From: Laetmonice hystrix
Lineage: Eukaryota
Direction of reading: 5' to 3'
Assembly: GCA_965235115.1 (NCBI GenBank)
Contig: OZ249436.1
Coordinates: forward strand, 45,820,001 to 45,884,000
DNA length: 64,000 nt
Notes under the pieces: generated by a model
What the model saw: only the letters and a program-made list of their open reading frames with translations
Database searches by the model: none
Told to the model about the DNA's origin: nothing
Translations under genes and position numbers: made by a program
Shown: positions 37,101 through 51,300 of the stretch, piece after piece
How the letters are laid out: every line of letters starts with the position of its first letter
Position numbering within the stretch: the stretch's first letter is position 1

Positions 37101-40100
37101 CTGCTTCGAGTCGAGCACCAGCTGAGACTCTGGAATATAACGGGATCAATCAACCGTATCAACCAATCTATCAACAACCAATCTACCGTATCAACCAATC
37201 TATCAACAACCAATCTACCGTATCAACCAATCTATCAACAACCAATTTACCGTATCAACCAATCTATCAACAACCAATCTACCGTATCAGAACAACCAAT
37301 ATATCAACAACCAATCTACCCTATCAACCAATCTATCAACAACCAATCTACCGTATCAACCAATCTATCAACAACCAATCTACCGTATCAACCAATCTAT
37401 CAACAACCAATTTACCGTATCAACCAATCTATCAACAACCAATCTACCGTATCAGAACAACCAATATATCAACAACCAATCTACCCTATCAACCAATCTA
37501 TCAACAACCAATCTACCGTATCAACCAATCTATCAACAACCAATCTACCGTATCAGAACAACCAATCTATCAAAAACCAATCTACCGTAACAACCAATCT
37601 ATCAACAACCAATCTACCGTATCAGAACAACCAATCTATCAACAACCAATCTACCCTATCAACCAATCTGTCAATACCGATCAATGAACCACGCCATACC
37701 ATCCAATCTTCCGTACCGGAAGGGCGTAAAACCCCCAATTTACTCACTCCTTACCGGAAGCAGCAGACCTGCTCGAATCAATCACTGCCCAGAGCTGTCA
37801 TTATTAACGTTTAAATCACTCAATCTAGAGTTAAGTTGTGACTATAACGTTCACGTGACTCACTGGAGGAGATGTGACCGTCGAAGCAGTAGGCCATAGC
37901 GTAGCTGGTATGCTGACGAGGACAGTAGACCGAGTTGTCATTCGCACAATCCAGGATCGACGACTCGTTACCCAAACACTTCAGGCCCTGGATACAAGAC
38001 AAAACAGGGGTTGTTTAAATCTGGATTATTGTCACAAGATAAGGGTATGTCACGTGACAGGTCTGTCCCTGATCAGGAACCAGTTTTTTAAGAATTCTCA
38101 ACTTGAGTCAAGCTTAAACTAACAGGTTTCTGATTAGCTGGTCTGCTTAGGCGAAAAACTGGACCCAGGTCTGTCCAGGATAACATGGGCCTATCTTTAG
38201 GACAGATTTGAAAGAATATGTTGCATCTAATCAATAAAAAAGCCAATGCCAAAAAGGGCGGTGGGGGTGGGCACATCCCTTGGGACGCCCCGTGTATAGA
38301 TCGGCGCCTGATTGTGTCTCACCTTTAGCAGACTCCGACTGTTGGCGAAAGGTCCCGAGTAGCGGATTGGGACGACACCGTTGTCGTAGCCGAGTTCCCG
38401 ACAAAAGATCTTGACATCAGTCAGGTTCCAGCTCGACCCACATACCGTGCCCCACTGGGACCCCACCTTCACCATCACCCTGCCGAAGTTCTTGCTGTCC
38501 TTTTGTACCGGCTTTAAACGCACTGAAACGGTTAACCATGGGCGGAGTAATACGTTATAGGCCTACTCTGCGAATGGGTCTTGGGATCGGGGCTCGACTA
38601 CAGCTAGAGTCTACACTTTTCTCTCCCAGGAAAGTCTGAAATCCTGATGCCCGTGCAGAGTGACGAAAGAGTCCTATCTCCCGCTACTATAAATCATCAC
38701 CCCTCCCTCAGTCACTCAACCCCACCATATTCTTACCCCTCCCTCCCTCAGTCACTCAACCCCACCATATTCTTACCCCTCCCTCCCTCAGTCACTCAAC
38801 CCCACCATATTCTTACCCCTTCCTCCCTCAGTCACTCAACCCCACCATATTCTTACCCCTTCCTCCCTCAGTCACTCAACCCCACCATATTCTTACCCCT
38901 CCCTCCCTCAGTCACCCAACCCCACCATATTCTTACCCCTTCCTGCCTCAGTCACTCAGTCAGTCAACCCTTCCCTGTCAGGTTCCCACCATATTCTTAC
39001 CCCTCCCTCCCTCAGTCACTCAACCCCACCATATTCTTACTCCTCCCTCCCTCAGTCACTCAGTCACTCAACCCTTCCCTGTCAGGTTCCCCACCATATT
39101 CTTACCCCTCCCTCCCTCAGTCACTCAGTCAGTCAACCCTTCTCTGTCAGGTTCCCCACCATATTCTTACCCCTCCCTCCCTCAGTCACTCAACCCCACC
39201 ATATTCTTACCCCTCCCTCCCTCAGTCACTCAGTCAGTCAACCCTTCCCTGTCAGGTTCCCCACCATATTCTTACCCCTCCCTCCCTCAGTCACTTAACC
39301 CCACCATATTCTTACCCCTTCCTCCCTCAGTCACTTAACCCCACCATATTCTTACCCCTTCCTCCCTCAGTCACTTAACCCCACCATATTCTTACCCCTT
39401 CCTCCCTCAGTCACTCAGTCAGTCAACCCTTCCCTGTCAGGTTCCCCACCATATTCTTACCCCTCCCTCCATCGCCCTTCCCTGTCAGGTTCCCCACCAT
39501 ATTCTTACCCCTCCCTCCATCACCCTTCCCTGTCAGGTTCCCCACCATATTCTTACCCCTCCCTCCATCGCCCTTCCCTGTCAGGTTCCCCACCATATTC
39601 TTACCCCTCCCTCCATCACCCTTCCCTGTCAGGTTCCCCACCATATTCCTACCTTTGGCGTAGCACTGGACGGTGGCGTCATGCATATGGCCGCTACAGT
39701 AAGATTTGTTGTAAACTTGCCAGCCAGCGTTCAAACACCTGGTGAGGTTTCTCTCTTTGCCTGTACACCTGACTTGATCCAAGTAGATCGGTCCAGTACC
39801 ACTTCCGTAGTCTTCTCTGAGGAGGCAAAGTTACAATGGTAGTCAATATTCTACCATGCTTTAGGTACATAATATTGTGATTCATACTCTTTGATTTGCG
39901 GGGGGGAATGCCTACTTTAGTATGATATAAGGGGTTGAACTGCATTTAACTCCGGTAGATCTATAGGCCAATACATGCATCCATTTGGATGAGATTTGCA
40001 CGCACGTATAGGCTCTTCGTAAACCTTAGCACTTATTATAGATCTACATGGCTGTATGACTTTTACGAAAACGCTCACTGAGAGGCCGTTCCGCCCTCGT

Positions 40101-43100
40101 ATCCCAGCATGCGGCAGGCCACATTGGCGGCGTTGTCGTTCCAGTTCCGGTCGCATACCGTCCCCCATTCTCCGTCATACCCGACCTCGACACGGCCCGC
40201 GCCAGGCCGTTTAGATGACCCGCTACCGAGGCGAATACTTACATCTGATGGCGAAAAAATAAACATAAATTATAATGGAATAAAGAAATAAAATACGGCG
40301 GACCAATAGGCACGCAAACTTTGCGAACATGAGCCTGGCAGTTGGCACGTGGACACAGTTGGTAGGCCTACTGACGAACAGAAGAACAGTTTGACTACAC
40401 ATAGAAATTGTTAGGCAGGGCGTCCCAAACATGTTTATGAATGTTCTAAAGAATCATACAACCGCTGACACTTACTTTTATTGTAACATAAAACAACGAC
40501 ATCGTCTGCATGTTGACACGTCACAGTGCTTTGTGACGTCACATTGGCGCCTGCGCCTTGCGAGGACTTGGAAGAAAGCCAACCAGGACACTCCATCATA
40601 TTGGACTCGGTCCCATTACACAAAGGTCTCTTCAAATAAATTGGCATATTCTGCACGGCGGAGATCGGAGTCTGCTTAATGACAGTACCCATATTGTACC
40701 CGACTCCACGGCACATGACTGACACGGCACTGTCGTCAAAGATCTTGGAACACACCGTCATCGCGATCGGACCTGCCATTCGCACGGTGACGTAGCCCCA
40801 ATTTTTGGCGCCCTGCGCCAGTTCTACTTTCATGTCTGAAACGAACAAACACAAAGGTACGGGGTATAGAAACTTTTTTTCCCCAGAAACTATTCACTCC
40901 AGCATTTGCAAATTGCAATGAAGGTAATTAAATTTGGGTACAGTTTAAATTGTCCCCTTTCTATTTAAAGAAGGCGGCGTAACACACGTAAATAATTTAT
41001 AGGGAAGAAAGAAATTAGAAGGATATATTTGACATCTACCACTGATGATTTTTTTTTTAAAATCCGCTAAACTTGATAAGTCAAAGGTATATTTTGGTCA
41101 GAGCTCACTATCTTTGCGAACCTTTATTTTTATCCCCCGTCTTCGCGTAGCAGACTGCCATCGCTCGATTCTGCGTTGCGCACGAGACGGCATTCGAGTG
41201 TGGACAAGCAGCGAGAGAAGTTTCATTGCCGACACAGGACACTGCCTCCACGTATTCCCGTGTCGCCTTGATTATGGCGTTTGTTTCATTAATTATAAAA
41301 AATACATCGTTGATGGCGTCACCCCCAACGTATTCTATCTCCCGACAGGCTACGTCAGCGTCTTTACTATCCCATCCTCCCTTACATATAGGCTTAAACT
41401 GGCGAACATCAAGAAGCTCCAAGTACCCGTATGTATCCAGGGCTCCTGATTTGACAAGACGGACTGAAACGGTTGAAAGTGTTCCATAGATTATAGACAT
41501 GAAAATCAGTTCATTTATATGGCATTTAACCTCCATATTGTGAAAGACTGTAAGGTAAGATCTTCAAAATAATATACCATTGATTTAAACATCAGGAATC
41601 TGTGAGCATTGCCTGAAGTATGTTTGTCTATACAATAGGGTTTACGTTTCGGAAATCATCTAGCAGATTAATCGGTCCCTCCCTCATGGTATAATATCCA
41701 CATGAAATTTAGAGGAGTATCGGGTTATACCAAGGGTTATTTATAGGTATAGCTTGTTTCATATTTTAGTTTTTTTCTTTTACATTTTTTACATTTTTTT
41801 ACATTTTTACACGACTGACCTGTCGTATTGAAACATTTGACGGCCGCTGCCTGTTGATGTGTACAGTTGTGAGTTCCCCAAGGACTCTGAGGACATTGAA
41901 CAAGTCGGGTCTCTGTCCCTGTACACAGTACTCGGTCCACTGAGATTAAGGATGGAGGCTGACCGAAACTTTCCGTCGTCGGCTATAAGGAAAAAAACAA
42001 ACTCTAGTTGAATGATACTTTGACCTTGGTGAAGGAGTTCCTGCTGATGGTGTTAGATATAGACCCTCCTCCAGGAAAAACTACCTCAACTAGTCAGTCA
42101 GGATGTAAAGAGTTCATGCTGACGGTGTTAGATATAGACCCTCCTCCAGGAAAAACTACCTTAACTAATCAGTCAGGATGTAAAGAGTTCATGCTGACGG
42201 TGTTAGATATAGACCCTCCTCCAGGAAAAACTACCTCAACTAGTCAGTCAGGATGTAAGAGTTCCTGCTGACGGTATTAGATATAGACCCTCCTCCAGGG
42301 AAAACTACCTCAACTAGTCAGTCAGGATGTAAAGAGTTCCTGCTGACGGTGTTAGATATAGACCCTCCTCCAGGAAAAACTACCTCAACTAGTCAGTCAG
42401 GATGTAAAGAGTTCATGCTGACGGTGTTAGATATAGACCCTCCTCCAGGAAAAACTACCTCAACTAGTCAGTCAGGATGTAAAGAGTTCATGCTGACGGT
42501 GTTAGATATAGACCCTCCTCGAGGAAAAACTACCTCAACTAGTCACTTAGGATGTAAAGAGTTCCTGCTGACGGTGTTAGATATAGACCCTCCTCCAGGA
42601 AAAACTACCTCAACTAGTCAGTCAGGATGTAAAGAGTTCATGCTGACGGTGTTAGATATAGACCCTCCTCCAGGAAAAACTACCTCAACTAGTCAGTCAG
42701 GATGTAAATAGTTCATGCTGACGGTGTTAGATATAGACCCTCCTCCACTGGAAAAACTACCTCAACTAGTCAGTCAGGATGTAAAGAGTTCCTGCTGACG
42801 GTGTTAGATATAGACCCTCCTCCAGGAAAAACTACCTCAACTAGTCAGTCAGGATGTAAAGAGTTCATGCTGACGGTGTTAGATATCCTCCAGGAAAAAC
42901 TACCTCAACTAGTCAGTCAGGATGTAAAGAGTTCCTGCTGACGGTGTTAGATATAGACCCTCCTCCAGGAAAAACTACCTCAACTAGTCAGTCAGGATGT
43001 AAAGAGTTCCTGCTGACGGTGTTACCCTCCTCCAGGAAAATTAAAATTAATTAAGGAAGCGAGTCATCTCATTCTTCACATTTTGTAGGTTAGCTTTGAT

Positions 43101-46100
43101 GTCTACTTATCCTTTATCGGTGGCATTTTTCATAAGATTAGACCTGGAAGTTTTCTATTATAATAAAAACGACATGTTTACTGGTCCTACCTTTCCCCAG
43201 CTGAAGTTTAATTGCTTGCACACGACGGTGGCGGCCTCTGTCGTCCAACCCGTATTACACACCATTCCCCACGGTCCGGTGGAGCCCTGCCGCACCTCCA
43301 CGCGGCCAATACTCGAACTACCGCTCCTTCCCACCAACCGGACTTCATAGTCCTCAACTGAAATGTAAAACAACGCTTGAAATTACGTTCCCTGGGAAAA
43401 AAAACTAGGGGGGCATGGGGCAGTGATGCCCCCGTAATCATGGTGAAGTGTACTTTTTACGAGCAGGTGCCCTTTTTAAGGGTGTGAATTCATCATTGGG
43501 ACCAGGGTGCCCTTCTGTGCTAGGCTCGCCCCCCCCCCCAGCAATGTTAGGAAGCGGCCCTGTTAACACCGTGTACATGTATACCTAATAAACTATGACG
43601 TTAAGTGTCAGGTTCGTAGTACTGAGAGGCTTGAGGTTATGGTACGGAAGGGCTAGAGCTGTTAGTGAACTACAAACTAGGTGACTTGTACTTTATGACA
43701 GGTACTAAGTCGTGCTGTGTGTTCCCCCCTGGTGTCCTCTGCTTTCCCCTTGGCTAGGATTCAGCTATTTCTTCTCACCTCAGCCAGCGGTGCTCAATAT
43801 TTCATACATCACATAACGCTGTACAAATCACCGCAGTGCCAAACAAATAATAATAATAATGACACCCTTTGATGACGTGTGTTTTTAACATATCTTTATT
43901 GAACCTACTCCCAGAGGCCATCTGTACCAATACGCTATGATTACGGCCCTGTCTGTAGGAATAACGTTAGGCAGTCGCTGACTCTGCCATTGTAATCTGA
44001 CCTAGCTACAGCGCCCTCTGGGGGTTAGAACACAGAAATCAGCGGGGCGTGGAGTATACTGGCGAACTGTCAAAGGAAAGAATGCCACTATTTACACAAG
44101 TCACCACCTTCATACTGTATCTGGGCAATTCGGAGATCAGGCCAACGTCAACCATCGCACAGTCGTGATCGCTATACGGTTAATTATTGTACGCAGGATC
44201 GCAGGTAACTGCAGGCGACGATTCGTGCCGAACGGTGCCAGTTTCAGATAGAGCACAATTCTTTCTTTATCTTTTTCTTTTCTTTCTCCTTTCCTTCTTC
44301 ACGGTCTTCATGCAAGTTACGGCTGGATTATGTCCGGTTTAGGATCTTTGGTTAATCTACCTGCATTCTTATGGACAAAATCTGCGGACATATTTTAACT
44401 AATCTTTGCGGACAAAACTCAATCTGCGGACATATCTAGGGAACCTTTGCGGACAAGACTCAATCTGCGGACAGGATCTTTGCGGACAAGACTATATCTG
44501 CGGACATATCTAGCGAACCTTTGCGGACAAGATTCAATCTGCGGACAGGATATTTGCGGACAAGACTATATCTGCGGACATATCTAGCGAACCTTTGCGG
44601 ACAAGACTCAATCTGCGGACAGGATATTTGCGGACAAGACTATATCTGCGGACATATCTAGCGAACCTTTGCGGACAAGACTCAATCTGCGGACAGGATC
44701 TTTGCGGACAAGACTCAATCTGTGGACAGATCTAGCCAGTATTTGCGGACAAGACTCAATCTGCGGACAGATCTAGCCAGTATTTGCGGACAAGACTCAA
44801 TCTGCGGACAGATCTAGCCAGTATTTGCGGACGAGACTCAATCTGCGGACAGCTGAAATACTAAGGACATCAAGATCTCATATTAACATCAGCACATATA
44901 TCCTTGGATATAATATTAGACCTTTTGGCATGGTGGGAGGGGTTATCACTTGTGCGGGATGAACACGGACCATCGGCGTAGGAACCGGGGAGGGGCAGGG
45001 GGCGTCAGCCCCCCCCCCCCCAATATCAAAAGTGGGGGGGGGGGGGGGTGAAGTGTGTTTCAATCAATCGCTGTGGCTCTTCAAGGTTAATTTGTCTATA
45101 GGCGCCACCTCCAGGTCAACATGTATTTTATATAGGCGTCTGAACCGGGGTCAGGGGGCGTGCTCCTCCACTGAATGCCACTCGGCCGTGCCTAGCAGCC
45201 TATCTGTCAATGGGTGGGTCAGAGCAGGGCCAGAGTAGGCCTAGGCTAACTAATCTTCCGACGTCTAGATCTATGCTTAACCCCTCGTAGGCAGCTAGCC
45301 TACTGTACACAAGTCTTCACGTGTTGGCGGACTCATTCCGGTGGTGGAGGTCAATATTCGGTCCTCCCAAGGTCACCTACGTGGCTGGGTCTTTTCAATG
45401 ACCACATTGACGACGAACTGTGTGACCCTTGGTCCCCTTGTGGGTATACCTGACCTCCAGGTATACCTATAGCCCTGGGATTGTGAATCTATTTATTGTG
45501 TATTTTATTGTGCTATTCGTTACGATAGGAACGCTGTCAGAAGGAACGTCCACACTGATGCCGTGTGAAGCTTACAAAGAGAGGAGTTACTTCGATATAA
45601 TGTCATCAATGCTCGACCAGGTTGATCTAGGGTAATCGACACATAGCAGGGTTATAGGGTATATACATTAAGAAGAACATATACCATTTCATCATCAAGG
45701 TTGAGATAGATTAGATTTACACAGGTTTAAATATAAAATTGCCTGCTGTCTCTAGCAGGTTAAGGGGATTATTAAAATGTATGCAGCTGATGACTTCCAG
45801 AAAACTTGTTCTATTTCGATACTTCCATCCAGAATGCACGTAGTTCAAAGAAGCAGCCACGTACCTCCTATAGTAACACGCACCTCCTATAGTAACACAC
45901 AGGTGGAATTGATAACTGGCAAATATTGACAGTGATCACATAATAGTCGAGCACTTTCAGTCGAGAGGTGCGCCCTCTGCAATGTCACGACACCATCCAA
46001 GTGTCGTCTGCCATCGTCTGCAGCGTGGAATATACGGCAAACGTTTGAGGACAAACGAATGTTGATATAACTTCAGGTTCCACCTCAGTAACGTCGATAA

Positions 46101-48179
46101 GATAAACAGAGATGTTTCCATGAGCAAGCAAAGCAGAAAGTTGATAAATGTGAACATGGTCCTTTAAACGATGACGATAATAGGCCTACATAGCCTACTC
46201 ATACTTGTGATTCGTCAAGTCTACACAATACGGCGACAACAACTTTTATTTGTCCTGGCAGCGTACGCCAACTTCATCTAAACTTACAAAGTCGCATGCC
46301 AACTTCCGGGAGCCTGAATGCATTATAACATAATAATAAATTCCAGATGTCACAGTTGTAAAATTACCTCAGATATTCATTTTTCTTCACATAATGTTTC
46401 TCAACTGTTTCCTTCATCCATGCAGGGCATAATCTGTACATTTATGTCAGGAGTAGCACAGCTCTGTGGGGGTTGGGGTGGTAGACGTTGTGGTCCCTGC
46501 TCCACATGTCGGTATCGGGGTATATAATAAACCCCATTACCGGCTCAGACTTCTTAAAGTTACATTATTTCCTGATAAACATGGCATCATTAAAGCATAA
46601 TACAGTCTTGGCAGCCGGCTCCAAATCCTGTGATATTGTTCGAGTTACAGCAGTGTGTTGAAGTGAATATGAGGTCCGACTAATCACCAAAACCGAGCGA
46701 ATTTACCGAAACCGACCAAAACCGAACGAAACTGGACGGGCAGGTTGAGCCGGACTTCATTACCATCCACAGGTCGGTTTCGTTATATGCCAAGGTCGGT
46801 TTCGGTTGGTTTTGATACTTTCCTTTAGGCCGTTTTCGCTCGGTTTCGGTGTTTAGTCGCTCCCTATACCCTCGGCTATGAATCGGCTATAATATTACCA
46901 AGTGCATAACACCATCTCGATCTCCCGCTATCATGCACTAACCCGCTGTATTGTACACACAGCAAAGGCAATGGAGGCATGTGAAGAAATGCTCTATCTT
47001 AGTTGATCAGCTGAGAGGTCAATAAGATTCCGGATGACAAAGATTGTTACGTCCTCTAACCCAGAGGTCCTTCCTTCTGGTGATAAATGATCGAGTTCAC
47101 ATTTATTCAGCATTACATAAAATTCATCATTGAACTAGATAAATGCAAAGTATGCATAATTGCTTGCATAGTGTAATCCTATAGGGAGTTGAAAGTTCTG
47201 CTAATAAGTTTCCCCTTTCTGAACAAAGACATGCAGGTATTTTGCCCACATATGGCTCTTGTTAAATTCTCTTGGGGCGTTGAATAACTTCCCCTTCTCA
47301 AAGCTTAAATATATAATATTTTGAAAGGGAATGTAGAGTATTACAGAGGGGCGCTGGACAGGGGGCGTTCCCTTTTCGAGGAAGTCGTTAAGAATGCTAT
47401 AAATGAAAGATCTCCAGCCTGCACCTTTGAGTCGAGTTATCGTCTGGTTGAGAATCTAGGTCGGGCTATATTTACATTTTGAGCCAGCACTGAGAGACAG
47501 GTCATCGTTCCTCATCCATGCCGACTCTAGCTTTATCAAACATCGAATCCTATACATACGTCTAACCTAAAATGACCTCAGGCAGTTGGTGCTGGGAAAG
47601 TTGATCAATCTCTATGTTGTCATGACCGTCACGCATGTCGGGTTGCCCTAGAATCGTTGCCAATGTGTGTCACCTCGCCAATATTCTGATTGACGGAACA
47701 CCCAAAGGTAGAAACCAGAGATAGTCATAACATCATGACGTGACAACAAAATGCAGTCAATCTATGTGGAATAGGTCTGGCTGAACTAATGAAGACGGCC
47801 AATACGTTATTCCTCCTTACAAATCTTGTAATTATAAGAAATAGGATTGCTGAAGACGTAACACCTAGCAGTACTACTCCTACTGTACAGGGAGTTATAA
47901 TATTTACGTAACACCTAGCAGTAAAGTACAACTCCTACTGTACAGGGAGTTATAATATTTACGTAACACCTAGCAGTAAAGTACAACTCCTACTGTACAG
48001 GGAGTTATAATATTTACGTAACACCTAGCAGTAAAGTACAACTCCTACTGTACAGGGAGTTATAATATTTTTGGCAGTTTTGTCTTCCATATCCGGTTAG
48101 AAATTCACGGGGGCGATTTCGAACTCATTGAGACGGTTTTGTCGCAAGGAGAGTCGAAATATGAAGTGAAGAGGATAGA

Positions 48180-48214
<35 letters not shown>

Positions 48215-48220
48215 TCTCTA

Positions 48221-48265
<45 letters not shown>

Positions 48266-48276
48266 CCCTCTCTCTA

Positions 48277-48309
<33 letters not shown>

Positions 48310-51300
48310 AAGTCTCTCTCTCGCCCTCTCTCTATCTCTCTCTCTTTCTCTTTCTCTCTCTTTCTTTCTTTCATGTCCCTCCCCCACAACCTTCAGTCAG
48401 TAATGTGGCGTAGAATTATAGACCCCCTTATAACTATTATGTACGACAGTTTAGGGATCGGTCTGGCTGGAAATTCGGTATAACCCGGATTCGTTATAAC
48501 CATTTGTTAACAACACTGCTGAAAGTCGCTTGCACATGAATCATTTTTTAATAACTCGAAGTACATTTTGATGTCACGAATTCTGAGGACCATATCGTAC
48601 TTAGCGTTGGCGCATGTTGGAAAATATGAGTGTTTTTGGAATGGCTTCGAGGCGAAACTTGACAAGGAACCTTAAAGAATCATACCTGCATGACGGACGA
48701 ATTCGGTGAAAAAGGTACCACTAGCTCTGTAATTATACATACCGGCTGTTACATTGGCCAGGGTTGTGTGATAACGGCACTTCCTTCTAACGTGTCACAG
48801 ACAGAAATAAGACAGGAGGAGGTGACGGAAAACAGTGACTCTCGAATTCATCCATTTTCTCTTGTTGTAATGAATTTAAACATGCTATGAAACACCGGGC
48901 TTTCTTTTCGTCTTATCAAGAAAAGGCTGAATTTGGAACTCGACATTTAATGTTCACAATACTACATCCTATAATGCGATCGTATTTTTGTAAAACTTTG
49001 GGTTTCTCCGTGAAGACTAATTTAAATGTCCCCGAGAACTGCACAAATCAGAATGTGGTACATGGTATGTTGACTCTGTACAACTCATTAATATTTCAAA
49101 CTGCTATGTCCCAGGGGAGATTACGTGTATTGTGAGTAATAGAACTCCCCCAAGCCGTCATACAACAAACCATTGCCAAGATCTCGTGCCATTGGTTCAC
49201 TGGAATTACAATATTTCCCAAAGACTTGTGACTTTCCCACTTCCTTGATCGTGAATATATTCTGAGGGAAGCCACCCATTGTTCACTTGACACCACGGAG
49301 ATTTTACTAAGTCATTCCGAGCCTGAGATACACTTGATCGTGAATATATTCTGAGGGCAACCACCCAAGGTACACTTGATCGTGAATATATTCTGAGGGC
49401 AACCACCCAAGGTACACTTGATCGTGAATATATTCTGAGGGCAACCACCCAAGGTACACTTGATCGTGAATATATTCTGAGGGCAACCACCCAAGGTACA
49501 CTTGATCGTGAATATATTCTGAGGGCAACCACCCAAGGTACACTTGATCGTGAATATATTCTGAGGGCAACCACCCAAGGTACACTTGATCGTGAATATA
49601 TTCTGAGGGCAACCACCCAAGGTACACTTGATCGTGAATATATTCTGAAGGCAACCACCCAAGGTACACTTGATCGTGAATATATTCTGAGGGCAACCAC
49701 CCAAGGTACACTTGATCGTGAATATATTCTGAGGGCAACCACCCAAGGTACACTTGATCGTGAATATATTTTGAGGGCAACCACCCAAGGTACACTTGAT
49801 CGTGAATATATTCTGAGGGAAACCACCCAAGGTACACTTGATCGTGAATATATTCTGAGGGCAACCACCCAAGGTACACTTGATCGTGAATATATTCTGA
49901 GGGAAACCACCCAAGGTACACTTGATCGTGAATATATTCTGAGGGAAACCACCCAAGGTACACTTGATCGTGAATATATTCTGAGGGCAACCACCCAAGG
50001 TACACCTGTTTTTCTAATAAAGTATTTTAAATTGACCCAGTTGCACCCCTTTTTGCTAGAGTCTCCTCCTAACACCCCTTTCCAAAGGGTTGGGTGCAGT
50101 ACCCTGCAGTATCAGAAATCCTCGGTACACGACTACCCCGCCAGCAGAGTAAAGGTTAGTTCTATTAAAAACCTTGATGTGTTCATATTCTCGCGAGGTA
50201 ACGTTTCCATGGACACCGTTTTGGAATTCGGACAACGAATTCAAGCATTTCCGTTGACATTTCTTTCACAAGCATTATTTTCAATGGTTTCAAGAATTCG
50301 AATGTCAGCAAGTTGAAATTGAACAAAGAAGAGTATAGTTTCGTATACAGCTATCATCTCATAATCGCTTAGTAATGAAGTTTTAAAAACAAATGCAGAC
50401 ACCAATGGTTCAACCCCCACTAATGTCTTTGGCAGAAGACTTGGTGGAAAGAAATAAACGTCCCATGTCGGAGCGTCATGACCTATAATCAGCAGTTTGT
50501 ATAAGATTGGCATTCAAGAGGAGACGAAAAGTCGGCATCTTCAATAAACGGGCCAATCCTAAACGGCCAAAAGATTCATATTCCAGAAGGTCTAGGTCTA
50601 TCCTTTGAAAGAAAGTTAACGGCAGGCAGTTTAACTGAGGTCACCAATCGATATTTCTGTCCAAGATTTACTGAGGCCTCTCACATGACGTCACAATGGC
50701 TGGATGTCACCAGGACCTGGGTCACGTGAGTGAGAGACCTTTATAGAATCACTACGAGACTTCAACTATCTGCGTGCCGCCGTCCGTGGGAATGTGTGCC
50801 GGATAATTACGCTGGCATCCTTCCCGGCTGACCAGAGATGAACTTTCCTGGAGTTATATAATATTTCTCTTTGTAAACCTGCCAGTCACATCAAAGGCTG
50901 AACCAGCGCTGTAATCCTATACCTGATGTTATCATGGATACGCCGTTACTGAATGTAAATCAGTTTTACAAACCTAAAAGGTATATCTGATGGAGTATTT
51001 TATACTTACTGGAAGTGGACACTTCCATTTCTCACGGATTGCGGACATTTCAAAGCTATTTCTATGATAATTTCATAACTTTTATGGGGAGATTCAAAGA
51101 AATCCCCTTTTTCCCCCATTTAAAGTCTTTAAAAAGCTGATCTTGTTGGTGCATGTGATCTTTGCTTTGATGCCGATTAAATTAAGGCACCTGGCCTTTA
51201 CCTAGATCACTCAAGGCTAACTGGCACACAAACAACGAATTCCGTAGATGTCGCCAAGGAAGCATACTTTGTCTACGTAACTGATTTTACATGAACTGCA

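Noticed and set aside
49206..50075. Repeat ORFs open in several frames
   Set aside because: 42-bp tandem repeat open in all three minus frames; no credible splice context
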